From a virus (Duplodnaviria; Caudoviricetes): DNA of 24,876 nt. Made by a program: the position numbers and the translations under genes. The stretch spans positions 1 through 24,876 of IMG/VR virus record IMGVR_UViG_3300020044_004953; one strand, given 5' to 3'. Within the stretch, counting starts at the first letter, position 1; each line of letters begins with the position of its first letter. A model generated the notes under the pieces. It saw nothing but the letters and a program-made list of their open reading frames with translations, was not told where the DNA came from and ran no database searches. Of the stretch, positions 1 to 7,952 are shown piece by piece.

Positions 1-2
1 AA

Positions 3-479
3 GAAAAAATGAACGTGCCAAACCAAAGGACACAAATCGACTGCGGCTACAACACCAACGAAGTATATAAACGATGCTCGCAATACGGATGGTTGGCATT
101 GCGTGGCGACTCCCGCGATAGTTACCCACACCCACGCAAGAATCAGAAACCGATTTACAAGGGATATTCGCGCTATCAACCAGTTACCGCATCGGATGGA
201 AAGAAAACCATGGTTGCGTATTTCTCAAACTTAGTTCACAAGGATATTCTTTTTCAGCTCAGAAACCAAAAAGGCGTTGATTGGGAAATACCCGACGATG
301 TTGGCAAAGAGTATTTGCGCCAGATCGACGCAGAGGTTAGGCGCGGCGAGGGGAAAACGGCCATCTGGAAAAAGAAACACAATGAGAACCATGCAATTGA
401 CTGCGAAAACATGCAAATCGTTTTAGCCTCAATGCTTGGCTTAATTGGAACGCCCGACGACGAACCAGATCAGGAATGA
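3..479 (+). CDS. terL: Terminase large subunit, lambda GpA type, C-terminal nuclease region (5' truncated by window)
   Basis: The frame is open from the window edge. IDCGY...GWLALRG and NENHAIDC match GpA-type nuclease motifs. It lies upstream of the portal gene. Confidence 0.88.
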   Translation, partial: EKMNVPNQRTQIDCGYNTNEVYKRCSQYGWLALRGDSRDSYPHPRKNQKPIYKGYSRYQPVTASDGKKTMVAYFSNLVHKDILFQLRNQKGVDWEIPDDVGKEYLRQIDAEVRRGEGKTAIWKKKHNENHAIDCENMQIVLASMLGLIGTPDDEPDQE

Positions 480-482
480 GAT

Positions 483-490
483 TTGACACC
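483..490 (+). promoter_or_regulatory. TTGACACC motif copy 1, 11 nt upstream of ATG 502
   Basis: The same 8-mer occurs at an equivalent position before five morphogenesis genes. Confidence 0.7.
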
Positions 491-501
491 GTGGCTTTGT
501 C

Positions 502-798
502 ATGGATGTCTCGCCGAAACAGTTGATACAAGCGTATTACGACGCATCTATTGACGATCCGACTATCCTTCGCTCGCTAATCGACGCGAGAACTGCCGCT
601 TTAACTGGCATGCTGTCAAAAGGCGGCGGGAACACGCTGACCAATTCACAAAAGAACGGAATCAGCTACTCCGTTCTTGTTTCATTGCCGGAAACAACGC
701 GCCTTGTCGTATTGAATAGCGCAATCAACTGGATTAAGCGAGGTATTCGCCCCACATCGCGCACGATTGGAAACATGCAACCCTATTATGATTGTTGA
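502..798 (+). CDS. Small head protein, positional equivalent of lambda gpW head-tail adaptor
   Basis: 98 aa ORF between terminase and portal. The function is inferred from synteny only. Confidence 0.55.
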   Translation: MDVSPKQLIQAYYDASIDDPTILRSLIDARTAALTGMLSKGGGNTLTNSQKNGISYSVLVSLPETTRLVVLNSAINWIKRGIRPTSRTIGNMQPYYDC

Positions 799-2248
799 TT
801 ACTACGGAAACCCATGGAAAGCAGCACAGGGAGCGGTAACTAATACACCCGCTCGCCCGTATCAGCCCGTCCAAATGAAGGACATCGGGGAGCTTGTGCC
901 GTCGCGTGACAGAAAAACGCTTGTTTCGTTTTCCCGCCGTTTGTATCTGAACGAGGGCATATTGCTTGGCGCAATTCAACAAAAGGCGATGTATTCCGTT
1001 GGTCGCTCATGGCAAGCGCAATCGAAATCGCCAAACCGCGAATTTGCAGCGGAAGCCGAGTATCTAATCAATGACGAATGGTATAAAATCTGCGACATTC
1101 GCGGAGGGCAAAATACATTCCAAACGAATCTCTATGCAACATCATGCGCGATTGACCGCGACGGCGAGGCTTTCATCTTACTGACAAAGACGGGCAACGA
1201 CTATCCGCGCATACAGCAAATCCCTTGCCACCGCATCGCTAATCCGAACGGATTCAATGACGGTAAAATCACCAAAGGATCATACAAGGGCAAAACGCTA
1301 ACTGACGGCATCATATACAGCAACGGTGCGCCATTGGCGTATTGCTTTAATGACGAAAAAGGAGAACTGATTCAGTATCTTGAAGCACAGAACGTCATTC
1401 ATATTTTTGACCCATCTTGGCAAGAACAAGGGCGAGGATTGCCAGCATTTACCCACGCGCTAAACGACTTGCGCGATTCTCTACAATCTCACGAATGGGA
1501 GCGATACGCGCAGTTGATGCTTTCCAGTATTGCGCTTATCGAGCACAACGAAACGGGCATGCCTGACATGGATGAAAACACGCAAATCCTAAACGGAACT
1601 GCGACATCCAGCGAGCGGGGCATCGTATCGGAAACCTACCAAGGCGGGCAGGTGCGATACTTTGCAGCTAAGAGCGGCGGCAAATTAGACACCATCAAAA
1701 ACGACAGACCTGGCGACATGTGGGAATCGTTCCAAAACCGCATTTATCGTAAAGCGTTGGCGGGAATCAACTGGCCGTATTCGATGGTCTGGCATGCGAC
1801 AGGTCAAGGCACAGCAGAACGCGCAGACCTTGGACGCGCACAAAGAGCCGTTGAAGATCGTCAAGACCTGCTAGAATACGCCGCAAATCGGATTATCAAC
1901 TACGTCACAGCTAAGTTTATCAAACTTGGCAGACTTCCCGCCGCTGATGGGTGGTATAGATGGCGTTTCACCTATCCGAAAAAACTCACGATTGACGACG
2001 GGCGCGTTTCCAAAGAACTGATCGAAATGTGGAAAGCGGGATTCTTGAATCCGCAAGACGTTTTAGGATTCCTTGGCAAATCAGCAGAGGAAAACTTAGA
2101 CGAGCGCATCGCATATCTGACAATGCAGAAACTCAAACAAAAGGCAGTCAATGAAAGCGGTCTTGGCATCGTTATTGAAGATCGAGAAATGGCAATGCTT
2201 ACGCCGAACGAAACACCGCAACAACAATCAAACAACACAAGCGAATGA
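788..2248 (+). CDS. Portal protein, lambda family
   Basis: About 486 aa, with likely start MIVDYYGNP at 788. Motifs DRDGEAF, IHIFDP-x3-EQGRGLP and the C-terminal TIDDGR/KAG region are typical of lambda-type portals. Confidence 0.9.
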   Translation: MIVDYYGNPWKAAQGAVTNTPARPYQPVQMKDIGELVPSRDRKTLVSFSRRLYLNEGILLGAIQQKAMYSVGRSWQAQSKSPNREFAAEAEYLINDEWYKICDIRGGQNTFQTNLYATSCAIDRDGEAFILLTKTGNDYPRIQQIPCHRIANPNGFNDGKITKGSYKGKTLTDGIIYSNGAPLAYCFNDEKGELIQYLEAQNVIHIFDPSWQEQGRGLPAFTHALNDLRDSLQSHEWERYAQLMLSSIALIEHNETGMPDMDENTQILNGTATSSERGIVSETYQGGQVRYFAAKSGGKLDTIKNDRPGDMWESFQNRIYRKALAGINWPYSMVWHATGQGTAERADLGRAQRAVEDRQDLLEYAANRIINYVTAKFIKLGRLPAADGWYRWRFTYPKKLTIDDGRVSKELIEMWKAGFLNPQDVLGFLGKSAEENLDERIAYLTMQKLKQKAVNESGLGIVIEDREMAMLTPNETPQQQSNNTSE

Positions 2249-2994
2249 GAAACGAACTCAAAAACCACTTAGCAACGCAACGCTTTTTTGCTTGTGAAGC
2301 ATCGCAAATTCACGCCGCCGTCAACGCATCGCTTGACGACATCGAAATTGAGGATTTTTTCATCTTGCGGCCAGCGGCTAAAATTGAAAACGGAATCGGC
2401 GTGATTTCGATTCAAGGCATGCTCACAAATTCCGTTCCCGCCATTTACGAAAAAGTGGGAATTGTAACACGATACAGCACGATTAAAGCAGAGATTGAGG
2501 GCGCGTTACTTTCTGGCGCAAGCGCGATTCAACTAAACATCAACAGCGGGGGTGGCTCTGTTAACGGCGCAATCGAGCTTTCGCGCTTCATTGCATCGCT
2601 GAACGTGCCGACTGCCGCCGTGGTGGAGTCTTGCGCTTGCTCCGCTGCTTATATGCTGGCATCGGCAACAAATCACATTGCGGTTACTGAAACCGCGCAG
2701 ATTGGCAACATTGGCACGATTATCTCTTGGTATGATTGGACTAACTATCTTGCCAAAATGGGCATCGAGGGCAAAGCAATCACCAACGAGGGCGCAACTC
2801 TCAAATCGACTTTCCACCTTGAGCCAAACGAGGAACAGCTAGCATTTTTGCAAGAATCAGCGAACCAACACGGCGCAACTTTCCAAGCGTTTGTCAGTGA
2901 ACAACGCCCAAATCTTGATGCCGAGGTTTTCAAAGCTGGATGGTATTCAGGGCAGCGCGCCATCGAACTTGGTTTAGCTGACGAAATCATTTAA
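2245..2994 (+). CDS. Head maturation protease, peptidase S49 (SppA/lambda gpC-like)
   Basis: Motifs LNINSGGGSV, ACSAAYMLASA, IGNIG and AIELGLADEI. ATGA overlap with the portal stop. Confidence 0.92.
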   Translation: MRNELKNHLATQRFFACEASQIHAAVNASLDDIEIEDFFILRPAAKIENGIGVISIQGMLTNSVPAIYEKVGIVTRYSTIKAEIEGALLSGASAIQLNINSGGGSVNGAIELSRFIASLNVPTAAVVESCACSAAYMLASATNHIAVTETAQIGNIGTIISWYDWTNYLAKMGIEGKAITNEGATLKSTFHLEPNEEQLAFLQESANQHGATFQAFVSEQRPNLDAEVFKAGWYSGQRAIELGLADEII

Positions 2995-3003
2995 CCCGTA
3001 ATT

Positions 3004-3011
3004 TTGACACC
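3004..3011 (+). promoter_or_regulatory. TTGACACC motif copy 2, 13 nt upstream of ATG 3025
   Basis: Recurrent motif located just after the protease stop codon. Confidence 0.7.
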
Positions 3012-3024
3012 AAAACACAAACAT

Positions 3025-3447
3025 ATGAGCATTTTTGCGAATAAAAAAGACTTGGAAGCAGCACAGAGCCAAATTGATTCTTTGCAAGGCGACATCACTA
3101 CTTTGCAAGCTGAACTCGCCACAGAGCGAGATACGGTTGCAACACAAGCGCAATCAATCACTGACTTGCAAGCAAGCGTTGATACCATTACTGCCGAGCG
3201 CGACGAAAAAGCAAACGACTTAGTTGCCGCGCAAACTCGCATCACTGAATTGGAAGCATCGCTAGTGACCGCCAACGAATCCGCAAACGCAAAGGCAATC
3301 GAAATCGCCGCGCAAGCAGGACTCGCCCCTCTTAACGTCACCGCTGATGAGGACGACAAATCCAAACTGATGAGCCGCGCCGATTTCAACAACCTTAGCC
3401 CAAAAGCTAAGTCTGAATTCTGCAAAGCTGGCGGCAAAATCAACTAA
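3025..3447 (+). CDS. Capsid scaffolding protein
   Basis: Long heptad coiled coil and C-terminal MSRADFNNLSPKAKSEFCKAGGKI. It lies between protease and capsid. The ATG at 3025 is preferred over the TTG at 3004. Confidence 0.7.
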   Translation: MSIFANKKDLEAAQSQIDSLQGDITTLQAELATERDTVATQAQSITDLQASVDTITAERDEKANDLVAAQTRITELEASLVTANESANAKAIEIAAQAGLAPLNVTADEDDKSKLMSRADFNNLSPKAKSEFCKAGGKIN

Positions 3448-3454
3448 TCAATTT

Positions 3455-3613
3455 ATGGCACGACCCAAGAAAATCCAAGACGATGAAACCACTGAACAAG
3501 TGGAAGAATCCGCAGAAAACCATCTTATCATGTCGATTGCCAAACTCAATCAACTAACCGAAGAACAAAAACAACTTTTCCGCGCTAATGGCGGGACGAC
3601 AACTGAAAACTAA
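3455..3613 (+). CDS. 52-aa protein with a copy of the scaffold C-terminal motif (not in the ORF track)
   Basis: Hand translation MARPKKIQDDETTEQVEESAENHLIMSIAKLNQLTEEQKQLFRANGGTTTEN. It fills the gap between scaffold and capsid genes. Confidence 0.75.
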   Translation: MARPKKIQDDETTEQVEESAENHLIMSIAKLNQLTEEQKQLFRANGGTTTEN

Positions 3614-3618
3614 CTATT

Positions 3619-4752
3619 ATGGCTAATACCCTTACCAACCTGATTCCTAATGTCTACGCCGCTTTGGACGTAGTTTCCCGCGAGCTTGTCGGCGCATTGC
3701 CTGGCGTAACCCGTGATGCAAAAGCTGACCGCGTTGCGTCTAACCAGACTCTCCGCATTCCGCAAACTCCCGCCAATACGACTTCGAGCTACACTCCGTC
3801 GATGGCGATTCCTAGCGCAGTCGATCAAACGATTGCCAACGCGTCTCTGACCCTGACCAAAAACAAATACGCTGCGTTTTCTTGGACTGGTGAAGAAACC
3901 TACGCGATGGATCAAGGCCCTGGATTCCTGAACATCGAGCAACAACAAATCGCCCAAGCATTCCGCGTGCTTGTGAACGAAATGGAAAACGATGTTTGCG
4001 ACGCTCTCGCCCAAGGTGCATCACGCGCTTACGGCACGGCTGGCACGACTCCATTTGCATCTAACCTTGGCGATTCCGCGCAAGTTCGCAAGATTCTTGA
4101 CGACAACGGCGCACCTGGTTCGTCTCGCTCGCTTGTTATCAATACCTCCGCTGGCGCAGCACTTCGCACCCTTGGTCAACTCACCAAAGCAAACGAAGCT
4201 GGCAACACCATGACTTTGCGTGATGGCGAATTACTCAATCTGCAAGGCTTTAGCGTCCGCGAATCCGCCCAAATCAACAACGCCACCGCTGGAACAGGTT
4301 CGGGCTACCTCATCAACGAAGCTAGCGGCTACGCTGTTGGTTCGACCGCGCTGACTCTTGACACTGGCACAGGCACAATCCTCGCTGGCGACATTATCAC
4401 CATTGGCTCGCACAAGTATGTGGTTGCATCCGCACTTGCCGCTAACGTGGTGACTATCGCCGCTCCTGGCCTGGTTGCCGCTGTCGCCAACAACGACGCT
4501 GTTACCGTTAACGCCACTAGCTCGCGCAACATCGCATTTAGCTCTGACGCTTTGGTTCTCGCCACTCGCTTGCCAATCTTCCCATCACAGGGCGACTTGG
4601 CAATCGACAACGAAATCATCACCGACCCACGCACGGGCATCAGCTTTGACTTGCGCGTGTATCCTGGCGACGGCATGGTTCTGTATCGCATCCACGCCCT
4701 TTGGGGATGGGTTGCTCCAAAACCTGCCCACGCTGCAATTTTGCTTGGCTAA
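3619..4752 (+). CDS. Major capsid protein (HK97 fold, resembles the P22 coat protein family) with a beta-rich insertion
   Basis: 377 aa, MANTL N-terminus, strong codon bias, followed by a terminator, and in the expected position in the head module. Confidence 0.88.
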   Translation: MANTLTNLIPNVYAALDVVSRELVGALPGVTRDAKADRVASNQTLRIPQTPANTTSSYTPSMAIPSAVDQTIANASLTLTKNKYAAFSWTGEETYAMDQGPGFLNIEQQQIAQAFRVLVNEMENDVCDALAQGASRAYGTAGTTPFASNLGDSAQVRKILDDNGAPGSSRSLVINTSAGAALRTLGQLTKANEAGNTMTLRDGELLNLQGFSVRESAQINNATAGTGSGYLINEASGYAVGSTALTLDTGTGTILAGDIITIGSHKYVVASALAANVVTIAAPGLVAAVANNDAVTVNATSSRNIAFSSDALVLATRLPIFPSQGDLAIDNEIITDPRTGISFDLRVYPGDGMVLYRIHALWGWVAPKPAHAAILLG

Positions 4753-4778
4753 TTCTTGCATTCTTGGTTCATGTGTTC

Positions 4779-4810
4779 ACCCTCGCATCGGAAACGGTGC
4801 GGGGGTTTTA
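4779..4810 (+). terminator. Rho-independent terminator after the major capsid gene
   Basis: 12-bp stem ACCCTCGCATCG-GAAA-CGGTGCGGGGGT (2 G-U pairs, GNRA loop) followed by a T-rich tract. Confidence 0.8.
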
Positions 4811-4812
4811 CT

Positions 4813-4820
4813 TTGACACC
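4813..4820 (+). promoter_or_regulatory. TTGACACC motif copy 3, 13 nt upstream of ATG 4834
   Basis: Recurrent motif directly downstream of the terminator. Confidence 0.7.
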
Positions 4821-4833
4821 ACGACAGTTACAT

Positions 4834-5148
4834 ATGAGCTTGCTGGATGATTTCATGACTTCGCATCACGATGAGGCGGATACAACAATGGGAGTTGTTT
4901 CTATGTCTTGCAACGGGCAGACGTTTGACGTGGTGGACAATCTCAAAAGCAAAGCCGTAGATGGCGAATTTGGCGGATTAGAGCCGCAAATACGCGGCAT
5001 TGTCACAGCACAGCCAGCTAACGTCCAAGACCCGATCTTGATGCTAAACAAACGATGCACGGTGGACGGCATAACGTATCGCGTTACGCTTGTCGATGCT
5101 GGCACGGTGGCAATCCATTTCACACTTGGCGACCCGAACGAGCGATGA
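4834..5148 (+). CDS. Head-tail joining / head closure protein (gpFII-like position)
   Basis: 104 aa beta-rich ORF (TVDGITYRV) following the capsid gene. Function inferred from synteny. Confidence 0.6.
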   Translation: MSLLDDFMTSHHDEADTTMGVVSMSCNGQTFDVVDNLKSKAVDGEFGGLEPQIRGIVTAQPANVQDPILMLNKRCTVDGITYRVTLVDAGTVAIHFTLGDPNER

Positions 5149-5843
5149 TACAGGTTCGCATATCTCCCGCGCAACGCAGAAAGCTAGAGGGCGACCTAAA
5201 GGCCTTTGCTGCTCGCGCTGGCGTGGCAGTAGCGGAAACCGTCGCAATCATCGGGACATCAGTAGCAAAGGAACTTGCGCGTAAAGTTCAGCCCTACGGA
5301 TTAACGCAAAAAGTAGGAACAGCATTTGAGCTTTCGATTGTGAAACAAGTCAACAAGGCTGCGCGATATGCAGAACTAAAAGGAACGGCGGGGGATATTC
5401 AGCAGGTTCACCAAACATACAGAAACGGCAGAGGCGCGGTTACAGTAAAGCCACCACGCCAATTCCAGCCAAAGCGAAAAGCGATTGACAGGCAAGAAAT
5501 CGACTCATGGGCAGAAAAGAAAAAAGCCAATGCTGGTATTGCGAAAGCGGGATGGATTGCGGCTGGAGAAAGCATTGATTCGCCGCTACTGAAAACCATG
5601 CGGGGTAGAGTAAGGAAAATCAAAGGCGTGGCTGGGTGGATTCGCCGCCATGTGAAACAAAACAAAGGATCGTCAAGATTTGTTCGCAAGGGTGGTCTAA
5701 ATTCCACGATTTATCTCACAAATAACGTCGATTATGCGTATTCACGCGGCAATGCAAACATGCTTGTCACGCCATCTGCAATCGCAGACGGATACAAACG
5801 AAGTCTAACAATGGTTCGCGCAAGACTCAAAAAACTATCATGA
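5145..5843 (+). CDS. Basic neck/tail completion protein (HK97 gp10 / lambda gpZ-like position)
   Basis: ATGA-coupled start MIQVRISP. Lys/Arg-rich with IYLTNNVDYA motif. Synteny supports the call. Confidence 0.6.
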   Translation: MIQVRISPAQRRKLEGDLKAFAARAGVAVAETVAIIGTSVAKELARKVQPYGLTQKVGTAFELSIVKQVNKAARYAELKGTAGDIQQVHQTYRNGRGAVTVKPPRQFQPKRKAIDRQEIDSWAEKKKANAGIAKAGWIAAGESIDSPLLKTMRGRVRKIKGVAGWIRRHVKQNKGSSRFVRKGGLNSTIYLTNNVDYAYSRGNANMLVTPSAIADGYKRSLTMVRARLKKLS

Positions 5844-6241
5844 CAACACAAGACATAAAAACCACAATCGTTTCCCTAATCGGCGGCGAAATCCAAGTTA
5901 TTCCAGTCGTGGACGCGCAGCAATTCTCCGAGGTGGAATTGCCCTTTATCGGCGTGACGATGACCAGCGAGCGCATCAGCAATGCATTGTCGAAAGCATA
6001 TCGCGGAACGGTCGAAATTAAGCTGAGAGCGCATAGCGGCGATGATTTGACAGTTGACCAGATCAACGGCATCACGAACGACTTGGAAGCGTATTTGACA
6101 GACGATTTTGCCGATGCGATCAACGCCTCACTAGACGGTATTCACATCGACTATTTCGCAATAAACGGCGGCATACCGCAATGGGAATCGGACAGCTTGG
6201 AATGCTCGTTCGATTGTGACATTGTATTCCAGACAACGTGA
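5840..6241 (+). CDS. Tail terminator-like protein
   Basis: 133 aa, acidic, LPFIGV motif, immediately before the tail tube gene. Confidence 0.55.
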   Translation: MTTQDIKTTIVSLIGGEIQVIPVVDAQQFSEVELPFIGVTMTSERISNALSKAYRGTVEIKLRAHSGDDLTVDQINGITNDLEAYLTDDFADAINASLDGIHIDYFAINGGIPQWESDSLECSFDCDIVFQTT

Positions 6242-6243
6242 TT

Positions 6244-6251
6244 TTGACACC
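6244..6251 (+). promoter_or_regulatory. TTGACACC motif copy 4, 11 nt upstream of ATG 6263
   Basis: Recurrent motif 2 nt after the preceding stop codon. Confidence 0.7.
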
Positions 6252-6262
6252 ATGCAAAAGGC

Positions 6263-6637
6263 ATGGCAACTTTACTAGGCGCGACGAATGGAGTGTGGGG
6301 CATTCCCGCACAGCAAACAGGCTTTCTTTTGGAAGGTGTAACTTGGTCGTATAAGTGCCAAACCAAGCATGTGATGAACATCACAGGCGACCGCACAGGT
6401 CGTTCTGATTTCGATGAGGATTGCGTTATCAATTTGACCGCTAAAATTCCCGCTACGTCGGCATTTGCTGGCACGATTTCAACGACTCTTTCCTTGGCTA
6501 CCGTCCCGACCGATCACCTGATTGCCAGCATGACCGCAGGATTGACCATTATCGACACGATTGAAGTAACGCAAGCCGCTGACGATTATCGCTCTAACAC
6601 GCTTTCTGCTACCTACGTCCCGACGATCACAGCATAA
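6263..6637 (+). CDS. Putative major tail tube protein
   Basis: 124 aa, Thr/Ala-rich and beta-prone. Located upstream of the chaperones and tape measure gene. Confidence 0.55.
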   Translation: MATLLGATNGVWGIPAQQTGFLLEGVTWSYKCQTKHVMNITGDRTGRSDFDEDCVINLTAKIPATSAFAGTISTTLSLATVPTDHLIASMTAGLTIIDTIEVTQAADDYRSNTLSATYVPTITA

Positions 6638-6652
6638 CGCTAACAACTTAAA

Positions 6653-7354
6653 ATGAACAGACCTTTTCAAGGCGTGGGCGGCGATAGTGTCGCCCACCTT
6701 ACACAGGAAATCGTTGACCCCAAACTAGCGGCAACGATTATCGCTATCGACGTTCCTTTGCTGGAACACGCGCCATTGCGAACAATTATCGGCGACGGTT
6801 ACAAATCGAAGCGCATCATTTGGCAATTTAACGGCGCATCGCCAACGGGCAATACGGCGGCACTTGTCGCAAAAGCGTGGTTTGATGACAAATGGCTAGC
6901 CAAGAATGAATCACACACGTTAGCGCGAATCAAGCGAGCATTCACCGCGATGCATCAGATGGCAGAGCACGCAAAAGGCGGCATTGAATACGTCGGCAAA
7001 TGCACCAACAACGATACAATCAAAACAGCTGGAACGCCGATTGCGGCGACACTTGTTGCGCTAGGGCATCCTTGCCTTGGTTATTCTCACTACGCCGATT
7101 CGATTTGGTGGCACTTTGATCGAGCCGCTGCCGTCGATCTTGATTTATGGATGGACAAGGAGATCCACCTAAAACTTCCCGATGCGGACTTGTCTTATAT
7201 CAAGGCGGCGTTGCTAAACTGGAAACAGCTTTTGCAAGACATCAAATCGAATACGCACACGGCAGTTAAGCACAAAAACCGCACGGCGTATATTGGCAAA
7301 GACGATGACGCAAAAACGATTCTCACGCTTGAAAAACTACTATACCGCAAATGA
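6653..7354 (+). CDS. Hypothetical protein with two tandem homologous domains
   Basis: LAATIIAIDVP..IIWQF..W..LARIKRAF recurs as IAATLVALGHP..IWWHF..W..LSYIKAAL. Confidence 0.75.
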   Translation: MNRPFQGVGGDSVAHLTQEIVDPKLAATIIAIDVPLLEHAPLRTIIGDGYKSKRIIWQFNGASPTGNTAALVAKAWFDDKWLAKNESHTLARIKRAFTAMHQMAEHAKGGIEYVGKCTNNDTIKTAGTPIAATLVALGHPCLGYSHYADSIWWHFDRAAAVDLDLWMDKEIHLKLPDADLSYIKAALLNWKQLLQDIKSNTHTAVKHKNRTAYIGKDDDAKTILTLEKLLYRK

Positions 7355-7716
7355 ATAATCCACCAACAATCCAAGGAAAAGAACTGCGACCACTAAACCG
7401 CTTTATTTGGGATAGACTACGAGAGTTTCTCGAACCAGAAAAAAGCCGAGGCAAATCTGCAAGCTTCATTCTGATTTACGGTTACGCGGCACTAGCCATG
7501 TCCGACAAGCAGCAAGCGCAAAAAGCATTTACCAGCGACGATGACTTCTTTCACGTAATGATTGGTTGCAGCTTGGATTTGACCGAAGCAGACGAAGATA
7601 CAATCGGCGAATACGTGCAAGGCGTGATTAACCGATGGGAGGCGGCACAGATCGAGACAGGCGGCGAGGGAAAGCAATCGACAGAGGCGACCCACCAAGC
7701 GACCGAGCCTATTTGA
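7351..7716 (+). CDS. Tail assembly chaperone (gpG-like)
   Basis: Lies before the tape measure gene and contains an in-frame G GGA AAG slippery heptamer near its 3' end. Confidence 0.75.
   Translation: MNNPPTIQGKELRPLNRFIWDRLREFLEPEKSRGKSASFILIYGYAALAMSDKQQAQKAFTSDDDFFHVMIGCSLDLTEADEDTIGEYVQGVINRWEAAQIETGGEGKQSTEATHQATEPI
7668..7674 (+). other. Programmed -1 ribosomal frameshift site GGGAAAG
   Basis: Identical to the lambda G/T slippery sequence and in the correct codon phase (GGA 7669-7671, AAG 7672-7674). The -1 frame is open to 7952. Confidence 0.85.
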
Positions 7717-7952
7717 TTGACTTATTCGCGGCAGAGTATGGGTGGAAACCACAAGACATCGACGCGCTACCAATCGACGAAGAGGCAGAACTGTTTCACG
7801 CGATACTTTATCGCAAGGGCGCGAAATGTTACAGGCGCGAAATTCAGACAGAAGAATATCAAATCGGACTGGCAGAATTGGCAGAACTACGCAAGCAGGA
7901 TGAAATTGACACCGATGACTTAACAGAAGGAATCACATGGCATTTACCGTAG
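7674..7952 (+). CDS. gpT-like extension, expressed as an approximately 200-aa G-T frameshift fusion
   Basis: The -1 frame reads AIDRGDPPSDRAYLIDLFAAEYGWKPQDIDALP, with a YGW-x4-I-x2-LP pattern typical of gpT. Confidence 0.75.
   Translation, partial: AIDRGDPPSDRAYLIDLFAAEYGWKPQDIDALPIDEEAELFHAILYRKGAKCYRREIQTEEYQIGLAELAELRKQDEIDTDDLTEGITWHLP

Noticed and set aside
4756-5144. Longer ORF-track starts at 4756 and 5055 (also 3004, 9995, 11298, 13614, 14643, 22479)
   Set aside because: These extensions run through a terminator, the TTGACACC motif or upstream genes. Downstream ATGs with coupling or the conserved motif spacing fit better.
7906-7913. Sixth TTGACACC, upstream of the tape measure gene
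   Set aside because: It lies inside the gpT coding frame and 23 nt from ATG 7937, outside the 11-13 nt spacing. It is not counted as a motif copy, although it could be a variant.
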